Shown here: positions 23,220 through 34,463 of the stretch, piece by piece
Position numbering within the stretch: the stretch's first letter is position 1
Layout: each line of letters opens with the position of its first letter
DNA from: Bdellovibrio sp.
Lineage (GTDB): Bacteria > Bdellovibrionota > Bdellovibrionia > Bdellovibrionales > Bdellovibrionaceae
Reading direction: 5' to 3'
DNA: 64,000 bases
Assembly (NCBI GenBank): GCA_036677065.1
Contig: JAKFBS010000001.1
Location: 128,001-192,000, forward strand
Notes under the pieces: model-generated
What the model saw: only the letters and a program-made list of their open reading frames with translations
What the model was told of the DNA's origin: nothing
Database searches by the model: none
Program-made: the position numbers and the translations under genes

Positions 23220-23730
23220 ATGAAATTTATTTCAGTATTAGTATTAACGGTTTTCATCACAGGTTGTGCGACCACTCAAACTTCAGCATCGCGCCAAGCG
23301 GCTCAAACAATGCCGCAACATTTTAGCGCGGAAGGTTTTGCCTTGGTTGATTTAACAGATGTTGTTGTTATGAATAACAACTCAAAAACAAATGATCTAT
23401 CAGTTCAAGTTGGCGTAGTTAAAGAAGTCGATGAGTGGTTATATAAAATGTTAGAAAAAGAAACTGGTGCAGACTCGCTTCTTTCAAGAATTTACTACGC
23501 TCCCGCAAAAGATGGTTCTGAAACTTATGTGGTCATTTCCAAAGTCATGACTAATTTTAATTTAAATATTGTGAAAAGTGTTAAAAAAGGTAAAAAAAAC
23601 AATTCTTACAACAACGGTTTATGAAATCGTAAGCGCTAACCAACAAAATTTAGAAGTTGTTAAAGACGCGCAAAACTCACCGGAAGGCTTTACAGTTTTC
23701 AACGGTGCAAAAAATCTATTTCCGTTTTAA
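23220..23730 (+). pseudogene. Lipoprotein with apparent +1 frameshift in an A8 tract (intact ORF 23220-23624)
   Basis: SD AGGAG, lipobox ITGC; removing one A from 23592-23599 extends the frame to TAA at 23728-23730. Confidence 0.55.
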
Positions 23731-24087
23731 AACTTTAATCTCTACGTAGACGACCAATAGGATAATAACAATTTCGGCAGTTAAAAATGTTTTGCCAAGT
23801 GAAGTTATACGCTCGCGAAACAAAATTAGGGCTGCCGAAATTAAACAGTAAAACAAATTGGCAGAAATGATCGTTATCAACATCCACGGTCGAATCTTAG
23901 GAACGAAAAAATAACAGCTTAAAGAATATAAGGCATACGCCGCTGGCAACATCGCCAAGCTTTGCAATAGCGACACGTTAATTCCAAGAAACAAAGAATA
24001 ACGAACAAGAATAAGCCCCGTAAAGCAAGCACTAAGAATCGCGCCGATTCCATCCAATAGAAAAATATTTTTTTGATTTAAACGCAC
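23716..24087 (-). CDS. Hypothetical four-TM membrane protein
   Basis: Four hydrophobic segments; LLDGIGAILSA, ANLFYC. Confidence 0.75.
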   Translation of the reverse strand: MRLNQKNIFLLDGIGAILSACFTGLILVRYSLFLGINVSLLQSLAMLPAAYALYSLSCYFFVPKIRPWMLITIISANLFYCLISAALILFRERITSLGKTFLTAEIVIILLVVYVEIKVLKRK

Positions 24088-24088
24088 G

Positions 24089-24967
24089 CTACTGATGACG
24101 ACTTAAAAAGTCGCGAAGTTTTAAATTTAGAAATTCTGGAAAATCCAACTGACAGCAGTGTGATCCATAGGGCACTAAAACATATTCTGCCCCGTGAATT
24201 TGATCGACCAATTCTTTTTGATAACTTGGTGGAGTTAAAAAATCGCGATCGCCGGCAATCACTAAGGCAGGTTTATCGATAGAATGTAAAATTCTTGTGC
24301 CATCAAAACCTAATAATTGTTCAAACAATCTAAAAAATAACGGAAGTTCTAGTCTTGAAACTCCCCGCCCGTACATTTCGATATCTTTAAATTGCGTAAG
24401 TTTTATATTAAAACCGCCAGATAATGCGGCCACTTGAAAAGCGACGGGATTATCAATCATGGCTCTCCATAGCGCATTCCATAGGTCAGGGGCTTTGGTG
24501 TGTTGAATTTTTAAAAATTGAAAAAGTGGCTCTACGAACTCTAAACCAAAAAGTTTTTTCAACGGGTTTCTGGCAAAACCATTAATGAATGTTAAAGTTT
24601 TAAAAATTTCAGGAAACTGTTCAAAAGATTTTAATTGATAAGGAACACCAAAACTGTGACCGACCACGTGGGCACTTTTATGACCTAAATGATTGATTAA
24701 CCCCTTAAGATCAAAAGCTAAATGTTCAAAGGTCATGTTATCAAGATTTCTTACCGGCACACTTTTGTGATGACCGCGAATATCAAACAAAATCACCTGA
24801 TGCGTGCGCGAAAAAAATTCGACTTGTGGGTGCCAGTGATTCATTAAACAAGCGATGCCGTAAATAAAAACAATAGGTTCGCCTTTGCCATGAACTTCGT
24901 AATAAATCGGAGTTCCATCCATGGCTTCATAGTATCCAGTTTTTTTCTCAATAAATTGTGCACTCAT
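24089..24967 (-). CDS. Alpha/beta hydrolase
   Basis: DIRGH, GHSFG nucleophile elbow, GDRD, GSH. Confidence 0.92.
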   Translation of the reverse strand: MSAQFIEKKTGYYEAMDGTPIYYEVHGKGEPIVFIYGIACLMNHWHPQVEFFSRTHQVILFDIRGHHKSVPVRNLDNMTFEHLAFDLKGLINHLGHKSAHVVGHSFGVPYQLKSFEQFPEIFKTLTFINGFARNPLKKLFGLEFVEPLFQFLKIQHTKAPDLWNALWRAMIDNPVAFQVAALSGGFNIKLTQFKDIEMYGRGVSRLELPLFFRLFEQLLGFDGTRILHSIDKPALVIAGDRDFLTPPSYQKELVDQIHGAEYVLVPYGSHCCQLDFPEFLNLKLRDFLSRHQ

Positions 24968-25617
24968 TTTAAAATCGAAAGCTCCACTACGTTGGCTCCA
25001 AACATCACACGATCTCCAGTTTCGATGGGATGTTGTGTGAAGGCTTTGCCATTGATAAGTATCTTATCACCGCAAAGAGTTTCGATGTAAGCTGTTTCGC
25101 CGACCTGAAAAAATTTGGCAATTTGTCCGGGCTGGGTGGGGTCTTTTATGTTTAAATCTAGGCTATTAAAACCCATGGTTCTTGGACCATAACTGAGCGT
25201 GTAGAATTCGTCGGTTTGTGGACCTGATAAGAAAGTTAGGCGCACGGGGTATAAATAGAAGAAAAACTCGGTTAAAATGGGCTCCCAGCTGTCAGATTCT
25301 AAAAATTCTACTAAGGATTCTTCCCAGGTGGTAAAACTAGATTTAGGCTTTTCGATCACCTTAAAACCCGTCTGTCCCATATGAAAAATCAGCCCATTAA
25401 TTAAGCTAAGCGACACCCCTTCAGATGAACCAGCGCGAATTTTATTGCCGTCTAAGGCTCTGATTTTCCATAAGAAATTTGGATCTAGATAGATTTCAGC
25501 GTGCACCGACGCCATTTCGGGATCGCCGAAATAGCCCGACGAGAAAACGTAGTTCTCGCGCATGGTTATAATCTGTCCTTTGTGGTGTCCGTCTAACACC
25601 TGCAATGCCAATTTCAT
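24964..25617 (-). CDS. FHA-domain-like protein (tandem FHA)
   Basis: DPEMASVHAEI, ILINGK...IETGDRVMFG. Confidence 0.7.
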   Translation of the reverse strand: MKLALQVLDGHHKGQIITMRENYVFSSGYFGDPEMASVHAEIYLDPNFLWKIRALDGNKIRAGSSEGVSLSLINGLIFHMGQTGFKVIEKPKSSFTTWEESLVEFLESDSWEPILTEFFFYLYPVRLTFLSGPQTDEFYTLSYGPRTMGFNSLDLNIKDPTQPGQIAKFFQVGETAYIETLCGDKILINGKAFTQHPIETGDRVMFGANVVELSILK

Positions 25618-25692
25618 AAAATTATCTTAGGGCCTAGATCAAGCCTTGTCTACGACTACGGAAGCTGCTAAACCAGTTGAACATTATAAGTC

Positions 25693-25735
25693 ATCCTTGC
25701 TCCCCGATAGTCGGTGGAGCTTTAACCGGAAGGAA
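25693..25735 (+). promoter_or_regulatory. S6:S18-type ribosomal protein leader RNA
   Basis: TCCTT-GCTCC-ccgatagtcggt-GGAGC-tttaa-CCG-g-AAGGA: nested stems, unpaired CCG, SD sequestered, directly before rpsF. Confidence 0.65.
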
Positions 25736-25740
25736 TATCC

Positions 25741-26190
25741 ATGGATCTTAAGACAGACCTTAAGCGTCCGTATGAGGTTGTTATCCTCATGCACCCAGAC
25801 GCAAACTTAGAAGAGCAAAAAGCTCTTTTCAACAAAAACAAAACAACAATCACTAGCTTTAAAGGCTCTGTGCACTCAGTAGAAACTTGGGGCAAAAGAA
25901 ACTTAGCTACACCGATTGGAAAAATTCGTAAAGCTGTGTTCTTTCACTCAGTTTTCGAAGCTAATCCACAAGCGGTTATGGAGATTGAACGTACTATGCG
26001 TATCAATGATAAAGTTTTACGCTTTATGCATACACGCTTAGATGAACGTACTTCTACTGCAAAACACTTAGAAGCTTTCAAAAAAGGCTTAGCTGAGTCA
26101 GCTGCAAAAGAAAAAGAACGTGAAGCAAAAGCACAACTTCGTCGTCAGGCAGCTCAACAAGCTCGCATGGAAAGACAAGACGAAGAGTAG
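25741..26190 (+). CDS. rpsF: 30S ribosomal protein S6
   Basis: YEVVILMHP, ETWGKRNLA, ERTMRINDKVLRF; charged C-terminal extension. Confidence 0.95.
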   Translation: MDLKTDLKRPYEVVILMHPDANLEEQKALFNKNKTTITSFKGSVHSVETWGKRNLATPIGKIRKAVFFHSVFEANPQAVMEIERTMRINDKVLRFMHTRLDERTSTAKHLEAFKKGLAESAAKEKEREAKAQLRRQAAQQARMERQDEE

Positions 26191-26197
26191 ATAGAAC

Positions 26198-27076
26198 ATG
26201 CTGCCACAACAAGCCTCAGACAATAAAAAATATTTCTTACTAGCGGCAGTTTCTGCTGCTATGAGCATTATTTTTTCAATCATGAGTGCTCCGTTTATTC
26301 GTGTGTTAGCAGCAACTAAATCCAAAATTTTTTGGTTGGTTGGATTAGTTTTTGTGACTTCATTATTTTTTCTAAAGATGAACCTGGTCGCAATTTATGT
26401 AGGGGCAGTTTGGATGACTTTAGGCCTTTACAGTGAATTGGAAAAAAAGGGCATCACGTGGAAAAAATCAGGCGCCTTATCGGTTTTTGCCGGTATGTTG
26501 TTTGGAGTAATCGCATTTCTCTCAATTACGAAGTGGTCTGTTGATCATCAGTTATACAAAGAGGTAATCGATCCACTCATGGCTTCATTAAAACAAGTTT
26601 TACCCGATGAAAATTTCGAAAACAAAGCCGTAATGATGTTTATGCCGGGATTGCTGGCTTCTGCATTGATCAGCTCTTTAGCTGTTTCACTTGTATTTGA
26701 AGCACAAATCTTCAAAGTTTTTCAGATTAAACGTGAAAAACTGGCTTCGGGACTTAAATGGTTAGAATTTCGATTACCTGATATGTTTATCTGGATATCG
26801 TTATTTGCATTTTTATTTTCAGCAGTAGAAACACCATTTCAATTTCTTCAAGTGATCGCCATTAACTTCGCGGTTATCAGCATTGTGAGCTTTTTCTTTC
26901 AAGGGATTTCAGTTTTCGAATTTGCTACACGAATTTTCAGATTAGGCAGAATAACAAAAGTGTTACTTTATCTTTTAATTATCACATGGGCGCTACCGGT
27001 AGTGACAATCCTAGGATTTGCCGATTACTGGGTGGATTTTCGCCGACATATGAGAAAAAAGATTAAAGTAGCTTAA
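26198..27076 (+). CDS. DUF2232/YybS-like membrane protein
   Basis: Multi-TM, FRLPD, FFQGIS, LGFAD.W.DFR; usual position before rplI. Confidence 0.85.
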   Translation: MLPQQASDNKKYFLLAAVSAAMSIIFSIMSAPFIRVLAATKSKIFWLVGLVFVTSLFFLKMNLVAIYVGAVWMTLGLYSELEKKGITWKKSGALSVFAGMLFGVIAFLSITKWSVDHQLYKEVIDPLMASLKQVLPDENFENKAVMMFMPGLLASALISSLAVSLVFEAQIFKVFQIKREKLASGLKWLEFRLPDMFIWISLFAFLFSAVETPFQFLQVIAINFAVISIVSFFFQGISVFEFATRIFRLGRITKVLLYLLIITWALPVVTILGFADYWVDFRRHMRKKIKVA

Positions 27077-27108
27077 GCCGTGCCGAAGGCACGTAAAAGG
27101 ATTTTACA

Positions 27109-27552
27109 ATGAAAGTAATTTTACAAAAAGACGTTAAAGACTTAGGAAAAGTTGGCGATCTAGTTAACGTTTCTGCAGGTTTTGCTAGAAATTTATTATT
27201 CCCACGCAAATTAGCTGTTGAAGCTACTGAAACTCGCGTGAACGAATACAATCACTTAAAACGCGTTGCTGATTCTAAAAAGAAAAAAGCAGCTACAGAG
27301 CGCCAAGCGTTCTTAGCAAAAATTAAAGGTACAACTGTTACTTTTAAATTAAACGCTGGTGATGGCGATAAACTTTTCGGAACTGTTACAACTTCTGATA
27401 TCTCTAAAGGCCTAGGCAAATTAGGTTTTTCTGTAGACAGAAAAGACATCGTTCTTGAAGAGCAAATCAAAGTATTAGGAACTCATAAAGCAGTTATCAA
27501 GTACAGCGAAGGAATGGAAGCTCCAATCCAAATCTCTGTAGAACGCGCTTAA
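27109..27552 (+). CDS. rplI: 50S ribosomal protein L9
   Basis: [33 protein letters not shown]. Confidence 0.97.
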   Translation: MKVILQKDVKDLGKVGDLVNVSAGFARNLLFPRKLAVEATETRVNEYNHLKRVADSKKKKAATERQAFLAKIKGTTVTFKLNAGDGDKLFGTVTTSDISKGLGKLGFSVDRKDIVLEEQIKVLGTHKAVIKYSEGMEAPIQISVERA

Positions 27553-27581
27553 TAGTTTTTAACTCGAGATTAAGAACCACC

Positions 27582-27619
27582 AAAGGGCTGGCACCGCAAA
27601 GTGTCGGCCCTTTTTTATT
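27582..27619 (+). terminator. Intrinsic terminator after rplI
   Basis: AAGGGCTGGCAC-cgcaaa-GTGTCGGCCCTT then a T run. Confidence 0.8.
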
Positions 27620-27672
27620 CGCTTAACTCAATAGCAGTGGTACATTGAATCCCTATGAACAGGGGGCTTGCC

Positions 27673-29286
27673 ATGACAAAGCTTTTCGTAATTTTAGGTC
27701 TTATTTTTTCGACTCAAGTATTTGCTAAAAAAACAGAGGGTGCAGTTATAACTCAGGTTGTACCAAGCGAGATCGTTTTAACAGTTAAAAAAGGTTATCA
27801 CTTCAATGACAAGGCTCCGGCAAGTGTTGTGTTTGATGATTTAGAAGCTAAACATAAACCCCTCATTAAAACTGAACAAAAATTCACTTTTAAAGTTTTA
27901 GAAAAAGCTAAAGTAGCAAAACTTAACTACTACGTTTGTGATGATGCAAAAACAGTTTGTGAATCTCATGATCAAACTGTTGAGTTGACTGCAAAACGTG
28001 CAGCAACTGATGCGGCCCCATATGATCGCGCAGTGGCCTCTGATGCTCCGGTAAAAAAATACGATAAAATCACGCTATTAAAGTTTTCGGCGCCTTGGTG
28101 CCCGGCGTGTATTCGTTTAAAATCAGAAACAATGAATAAACCACAAGTTCAAGCGTTGCTAAAAAAAGCCAACCTAGTTGAAATCAATATCGATTTAGTT
28201 GAAAGCGAAAAAATTTCTGAACTATACGGTGTTAAAGCAATTCCGACAGTGATTTTAGTCAACGAACAGGGTGAAGAATTAAAACGTTGGTTAGATTATC
28301 AACCAGTAAAATCTTTTGCAGCAGAATTACAAACAGCACTTAAAGAAACACAATCAATCAACCAATTAACGGCAAAAGCCGAAGCTGGTGACGAAAAAGC
28401 ATCAACAACTTTGGCGTACAATTCTTATAGTAAAATGCAGTGGAAAGACGCTGCCAAATGGTTTTCTTTTGCAAAAGGTGCCAAAGAATTAAATTACAAA
28501 TTATCTTCTGAAATTGCATTAGCTCAAGATGATTTGGGTGATTCAGCAGAATCTAAAAAAGCTTACCTACAAGCACTAGAAAAAGGGTTTACACTTTCAT
28601 CTTCAGTTTTAGATCAAACTCGCTGGAAGCTTGATTATTTAGAGCAGTTAAAAGAACAAGAAAGACCAATTGAAACAGATGCGATCAAAGCTTTACAGTT
28701 TCAATTAGCAGAAGTAAAAAACAATAAAGACTTAAAAGGTTTATTCGCAAAATCGACTTTAGGTGATGCCGAAAACTTTGAAAAAGCAGAAATTATAGAT
28801 ATGACTGCCCGTCTTTTTAAAATCACTGACGACAAAGAAAACACTAAAAAAACTCAAGCTGAATTAGCCCAAGCAGTTGATAAAGTTAAACTTTCAACAA
28901 AGCTGCCAGGCCAAATGATTTCTGCAATTTGGTATTATGGCCAAGCGGGAACTCCGGAAAAAGCAGAATCACTATTAAAGCAATTAATTAAAGCGTACCC
29001 AAAAACTTATGTGTACTACCAACGGTACGCGAGCTTTTTAACAAAACAAAAACGTCACGAAGAAGCTTTGGCGAACGCGAATTTAGCCTTAGAATTTAAA
29101 GAAGGTAACGAGCCGCAATTAAGTTTGGCAAAAATTAAAATCTTAAAAGAACTAGGTAAAAAAGACGAAGCGATCGCTTTAATCGATAGCACGTTAAAAA
29201 TTACTGAAGCGTATCCGACGAAATACAAAAGAACGCAAACGGCATTAGTTGATTTGAAAAAGACGCTAACAACAGCGACAAAATAA
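27673..29286 (+). CDS. Exported thioredoxin-fold protein with N-terminal DsbD-alpha-like region and C-terminal TPR region
   Basis: Signal peptide; GYHFN.KAP and YYVCDDAKTVC; FSAPWCPAC...AIPT; helical repeats. Confidence 0.8.
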   Translation: MTKLFVILGLIFSTQVFAKKTEGAVITQVVPSEIVLTVKKGYHFNDKAPASVVFDDLEAKHKPLIKTEQKFTFKVLEKAKVAKLNYYVCDDAKTVCESHDQTVELTAKRAATDAAPYDRAVASDAPVKKYDKITLLKFSAPWCPACIRLKSETMNKPQVQALLKKANLVEINIDLVESEKISELYGVKAIPTVILVNEQGEELKRWLDYQPVKSFAAELQTALKETQSINQLTAKAEAGDEKASTTLAYNSYSKMQWKDAAKWFSFAKGAKELNYKLSSEIALAQDDLGDSAESKKAYLQALEKGFTLSSSVLDQTRWKLDYLEQLKEQERPIETDAIKALQFQLAEVKNNKDLKGLFAKSTLGDAENFEKAEIIDMTARLFKITDDKENTKKTQAELAQAVDKVKLSTKLPGQMISAIWYYGQAGTPEKAESLLKQLIKAYPKTYVYYQRYASFLTKQKRHEEALANANLALEFKEGNEPQLSLAKIKILKELGKKDEAIALIDSTLKITEAYPTKYKRTQTALVDLKKTLTTATK

Positions 29287-29416
29287 TTTACCAACTCGAC
29301 GCCACAGTAACCGTCTATTAAAAACATCAGACCTAGGTCACTGTGGTTTTAACAAAATTTGTGATCCTTACATTTAGCGAGTAAACTTTATTTATAGCTA
29401 TGTGAAGGAGTCACAA

Positions 29417-29986
29417 ATGAAAATGTTATTAGTTTCAACCACGGCACTTTTTTTATTCTTTTCTTGTGCGCAAACACAAAATAAATCAGATCGACAGACA
29501 GCTAATGAAGCTGACATGACTTACCAACCAGAAGTTGCGACAAAATCAAATCAACAAGAAGTGGCAGAAAATCTGATCTGTCGTCCGGCGCCAACTGTTC
29601 CTGCCAGTGCGCACGAGCTAATTATTAAAGTTCACTTAGATCAGCCGATCGCTCACTTAGCCGAAGTTCTTGTGGCGGGTGATACGAAATCAACAGGACA
29701 TGTTTCGGTTTATACAAAATCTGTAGGACAAGAAGCGCAATTGCAATATTCAGCGCCAACACGTTTTGCTAAAGAGCCGACGGCTTTTAGTTCAGAATTA
29801 CGCGGATCAATGGCGATTCCAGGCGCAATAGATGCTGGCTGGATACACATTGTTCCGAATATGAAAAAAGGTTACTTCGGTTTTGGAGGATATAAATATT
29901 CTGGAGGCTATAAGGGCGCAGTTTATTTATCTAAGCTTGGACAAAGCTGGTACCAAACTGAAAGTTTAAACTGCGAAGTTAAATAA
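29417..29986 (+). CDS. Hypothetical lipoprotein
   Basis: SD AAGGAG, lipobox FFSC. Confidence 0.75.
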   Translation: MKMLLVSTTALFLFFSCAQTQNKSDRQTANEADMTYQPEVATKSNQQEVAENLICRPAPTVPASAHELIIKVHLDQPIAHLAEVLVAGDTKSTGHVSVYTKSVGQEAQLQYSAPTRFAKEPTAFSSELRGSMAIPGAIDAGWIHIVPNMKKGYFGFGGYKYSGGYKGAVYLSKLGQSWYQTESLNCEVK

Positions 29987-29988
29987 TA

Positions 29989-30252
29989 TTACTGAACGCG
30001 CTCTGGTGAGGTTCCATAAAACACCTCATCAATGTAGATTAGAAGGCACTGGCGAAGATCTTCGACAGTCATGGTATCAGGATCAAGCTCAAGCGCACGA
30101 ATCGCCGCAAAAAGCTCGGTCTCAATAGTATCTTTATCCATTTTTGCTGCTTGAGAAAAAACCTCTATAACTCGACTCACATTCGCCTCCGTGCTTTTGT
30201 GGGTTGTCTGTGTGAAAAGCCCTATCCATGGGCTTTTTAGGTTGATCAACAT
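29989..30252 (-). CDS. Small hypothetical protein
   Basis: 87-aa ORF, LDPDTMTVEDLRQCL acidic helical motif. Confidence 0.6.
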   Translation of the reverse strand: MLINLKSPWIGLFTQTTHKSTEANVSRVIEVFSQAAKMDKDTIETELFAAIRALELDPDTMTVEDLRQCLLIYIDEVFYGTSPERVQ

Positions 30253-30442
30253 TCATTGATTGTTCCTATTGCTCAGACAGTTTTATTCGACCACTGGGTT
30301 ATTATTGTTTCAATTTTTTTACGTCACCCGACATTTTTTTAGACTTTAGTTGGCCAAGGCCAATATCTAGCTTTTGGAGATGTTGGGGCTTAAAAAAGGG
30401 GCAGAACTGGATCCCTATAAAATTTTCTCGATAGAGGTAGCC

Positions 30443-30472
30443 TTGACAGAGCAAAACGGCTACACATATTAC
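30443..30472 (+). promoter_or_regulatory. Putative sigma70 promoter of groES-groEL
   Basis: Perfect TTGACA at 30443 and AT-rich CATATT/TATTAC 16-18 nt downstream; flanked by inverted AGAGGTA/TACCTCT. Confidence 0.45.
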
Positions 30473-30506
30473 CTCTTGATTAAACAATAAAATAGGGAGG
30501 CTTTCC

Positions 30507-30806
30507 ATGGCTAAAGAATTAGGCGTACGCCCATTACATGACAGAATTTTAGTAAAAAGAACTGCAGAAGAAGACAAAACTGCTGGCGGATTATTTATTC
30601 CAGATTCAGCAAAAGAAAAACCTCAACGTGGCGAAATCGTAGCTGCGGGTAAAGGTCGCATTACTGAAGACGGTAAAGTTTTACCTTTAGAAGTAAAAGT
30701 TGGCGATAAAATCTTATTTTCTAAATACGCAGGTACAGAAATCAAATTCGACGGATCAGAATTCTTAATGATGCGCGAAGAAGACGTTCTTGGAATCGTT
30801 CAGTAA
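30507..30806 (+). CDS. groES: Co-chaperonin GroES
   Basis: [39 protein letters not shown]. Confidence 0.98.
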   Translation: MAKELGVRPLHDRILVKRTAEEDKTAGGLFIPDSAKEKPQRGEIVAAGKGRITEDGKVLPLEVKVGDKILFSKYAGTEIKFDGSEFLMMREEDVLGIVQ

Positions 30807-30813
30807 TTACTGA

Positions 30814-32496
<1,683 letters not shown>

Positions 32497-32529
32497 TCCC
32501 TCGGGAGTACATTATTCTACTTAAAATTC

Positions 32530-32563
32530 AAAACCCAAGGTCTAAAAGCCTTGGGTTTTTTTA
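32530..32563 (+). terminator. Terminator after groEL
   Basis: AAAACCCAAGG-tctaaaag-CCTTGGGTTTT then a T run. Confidence 0.85.
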
Positions 32564-32572
32564 TGTCTAAAG

Positions 32573-33724
32573 TTAATTTTGTATTTTGATAATTTGAAAC
32601 AAAGAGCACTTGTTGCTTTGTAACTGAAAAGGAATACTGATTAGCTTCGCTGCGATGCTGGCCGCTTTTCTTAACTGTAAAATTGAATAATCGTACGGAT
32701 TATCAAAAATATCAGCGTTAATTACGCCAAATTCTTTCATTTCATCGAGATCAAATTCAGTTAAGAGTTTAAAATCAGAATACTTAATACCTATATTCGC
32801 AGGAGAAACAGACAGTGATAATCCCAGCGCTCCCCCGACTGAATCACAGCCCGTTAAAGAGGTTCGCAAAATATCTGAGAGCAGTTGTAATTGATAAAAT
32901 TTATTCTCATATAAAAAATCACCGAGTTCCTGAGAATTTAAATAAGCTAGAAGCTCGCTCGATAAGGATTTTCTAGAGCGTACAAGCCGCGCGATAAGGT
33001 CGTTCAGCTGATTAGAAACTCTTTGAGATGAATTACCGCGTTTTGATAATACTTGATGAGCGATGCCGTATAAGAACAATAAACCTGCTGAGTTTGCTTT
33101 TTCTGCTAAAGATGCGACTTCGCGAGATAGCCCCACAGCAGATAATTTTTTAGTTTTTATGGCGTAGTTAAGTCCCGCACTAAATTTAGGATAATTAACA
33201 CCAATATTATAACTTGCAGCCGCACCCGCAGGCACCCCGAGCGCCTCAGCACTTACACCGGCAAAGGCTCCTAAAAAGCCGCCGTTATAGTGATCGTTAG
33301 ATTTACAAGAAAGCGTTTTTCCAACAGATAAATCGATTCCGACACCAATATCGGTGCGTGCCGAAACGCCGGGTGCACAAAATACACCGATGTTTTTTTC
33401 ATGCACTGCAAATTCGACCATTTTGCTTACGCCAACACCTACAAAGGCTTCGGCAGATATTCCAACGGCAACGTGTTCAATGGCATGGCCTGTGTGATCA
33501 ATAAGGTTATTTTTAATAGAACCGATTTTAGTTAACATTTCACGAAGTTTTGATTTGTTGGTAATATCCGCAAAGATTTCTGGATTTAATTCAACGATTT
33601 CTAATTTTTGCTGATATTCAGCTAGTGCTTCTGACGAAGTTTTTCTTTCTTGTTCTGATTTGGAAAAACTTGCGCAGTTCTGCAGAAATAAAATACCAAT
33701 AAAGAGAGTAAAGATCTTTTTCAT
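32573..33724 (-). CDS. Hypothetical lipoprotein
   Basis: Lipobox LQNC; Gly-rich amphipathic segment followed by a helical domain. Confidence 0.75.
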   Translation of the reverse strand: MKKIFTLFIGILFLQNCASFSKSEQERKTSSEALAEYQQKLEIVELNPEIFADITNKSKLREMLTKIGSIKNNLIDHTGHAIEHVAVGISAEAFVGVGVSKMVEFAVHEKNIGVFCAPGVSARTDIGVGIDLSVGKTLSCKSNDHYNGGFLGAFAGVSAEALGVPAGAAASYNIGVNYPKFSAGLNYAIKTKKLSAVGLSREVASLAEKANSAGLLFLYGIAHQVLSKRGNSSQRVSNQLNDLIARLVRSRKSLSSELLAYLNSQELGDFLYENKFYQLQLLSDILRTSLTGCDSVGGALGLSLSVSPANIGIKYSDFKLLTEFDLDEMKEFGVINADIFDNPYDYSILQLRKAASIAAKLISIPFQLQSNKCSLFQIIKIQN

Positions 33725-33841
33725 AATTCAACGCTCCATCTTTATTTTATCTCGATGTGAATTTGGATATAAACCGATTTTATTTAGGTCTAGACTTATG
33801 TAGGACCAGCCATAGGCACAAAACTTTTTAGCAGAAGTAAA

Positions 33842-34462
33842 TCAAATCAAATAAAGCGCGATACTGAAATATTGAAAAATACTTCCGCCCATTACGAATA
33901 AATGCCAGATGCCGTGAAAGTGTTTAAATTTTTCGTCCTGAACAAAAAAGAAAACGCCGACAGTATAAAACATTCCGCCAATGGCCAACAAAGCTACACC
34001 GGGCGCGGGCATTGCTAACATTAAATCTTTAATAGCAAAAATGATGAGCCAACCCATGATCAAATAGATGAATAAAGATGGAATTCTGGTTTTTTTAGCT
34101 ATGGTGAATTCACACATAATTCCGACAGCGGCCAAGCTCCAGATGATTCCAAAGATCCACCATCCGACAACGCCTTTTAAAGCCACGAGAGTGAATGGTG
34201 TATAAGAGCCTGCGATAAATAAATAAATCGAGATGTGATCTAATTTTTGTAAGATAGCTTTAGGCCTAGGACCAGGAACGCTATGATACAAAGTTGAAAC
34301 ACCGTACAATATGATTAACATAGCGCCATAAATAATAGTGCCGGTAATTTTAATAGCATCGCCTTGAACTACAGCTAAAGTAATCAACACAGAAGCACCG
34401 GCGACTGCTAATAACAAACCAATTAAATGAGAAATGCTGTTAAAGCGTTCGCCGTGATAAAT
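33842..34462 (-). CDS. Hemolysin III / PAQR family membrane protein, probable ATT start
   Basis: YHGERFNSISH, STLYHS, LDHISIYLFIAGSYTP, HGIWHLFV; SD AAGGAG 6 nt before ATT at 34462. Confidence 0.9.
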   Translation of the reverse strand: MYHGERFNSISHLIGLLLAVAGASVLITLAVVQGDAIKITGTIIYGAMLIILYGVSTLYHSVPGPRPKAILQKLDHISIYLFIAGSYTPFTLVALKGVVGWWIFGIIWSLAAVGIMCEFTIAKKTRIPSLFIYLIMGWLIIFAIKDLMLAMPAPGVALLAIGGMFYTVGVFFFVQDEKFKHFHGIWHLFVMGGSIFQYFSIALYLI

Positions 34463-34463
34463 A

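Noticed and set aside
30340..30420. Possible CIRCE or sigma32 promoter upstream of groES
   Set aside because: No TTAGCACTC-N9-GAGTGCTAA match; the GGCTTAAAA...CCCTAT similarity to sigma32 has off-consensus spacing
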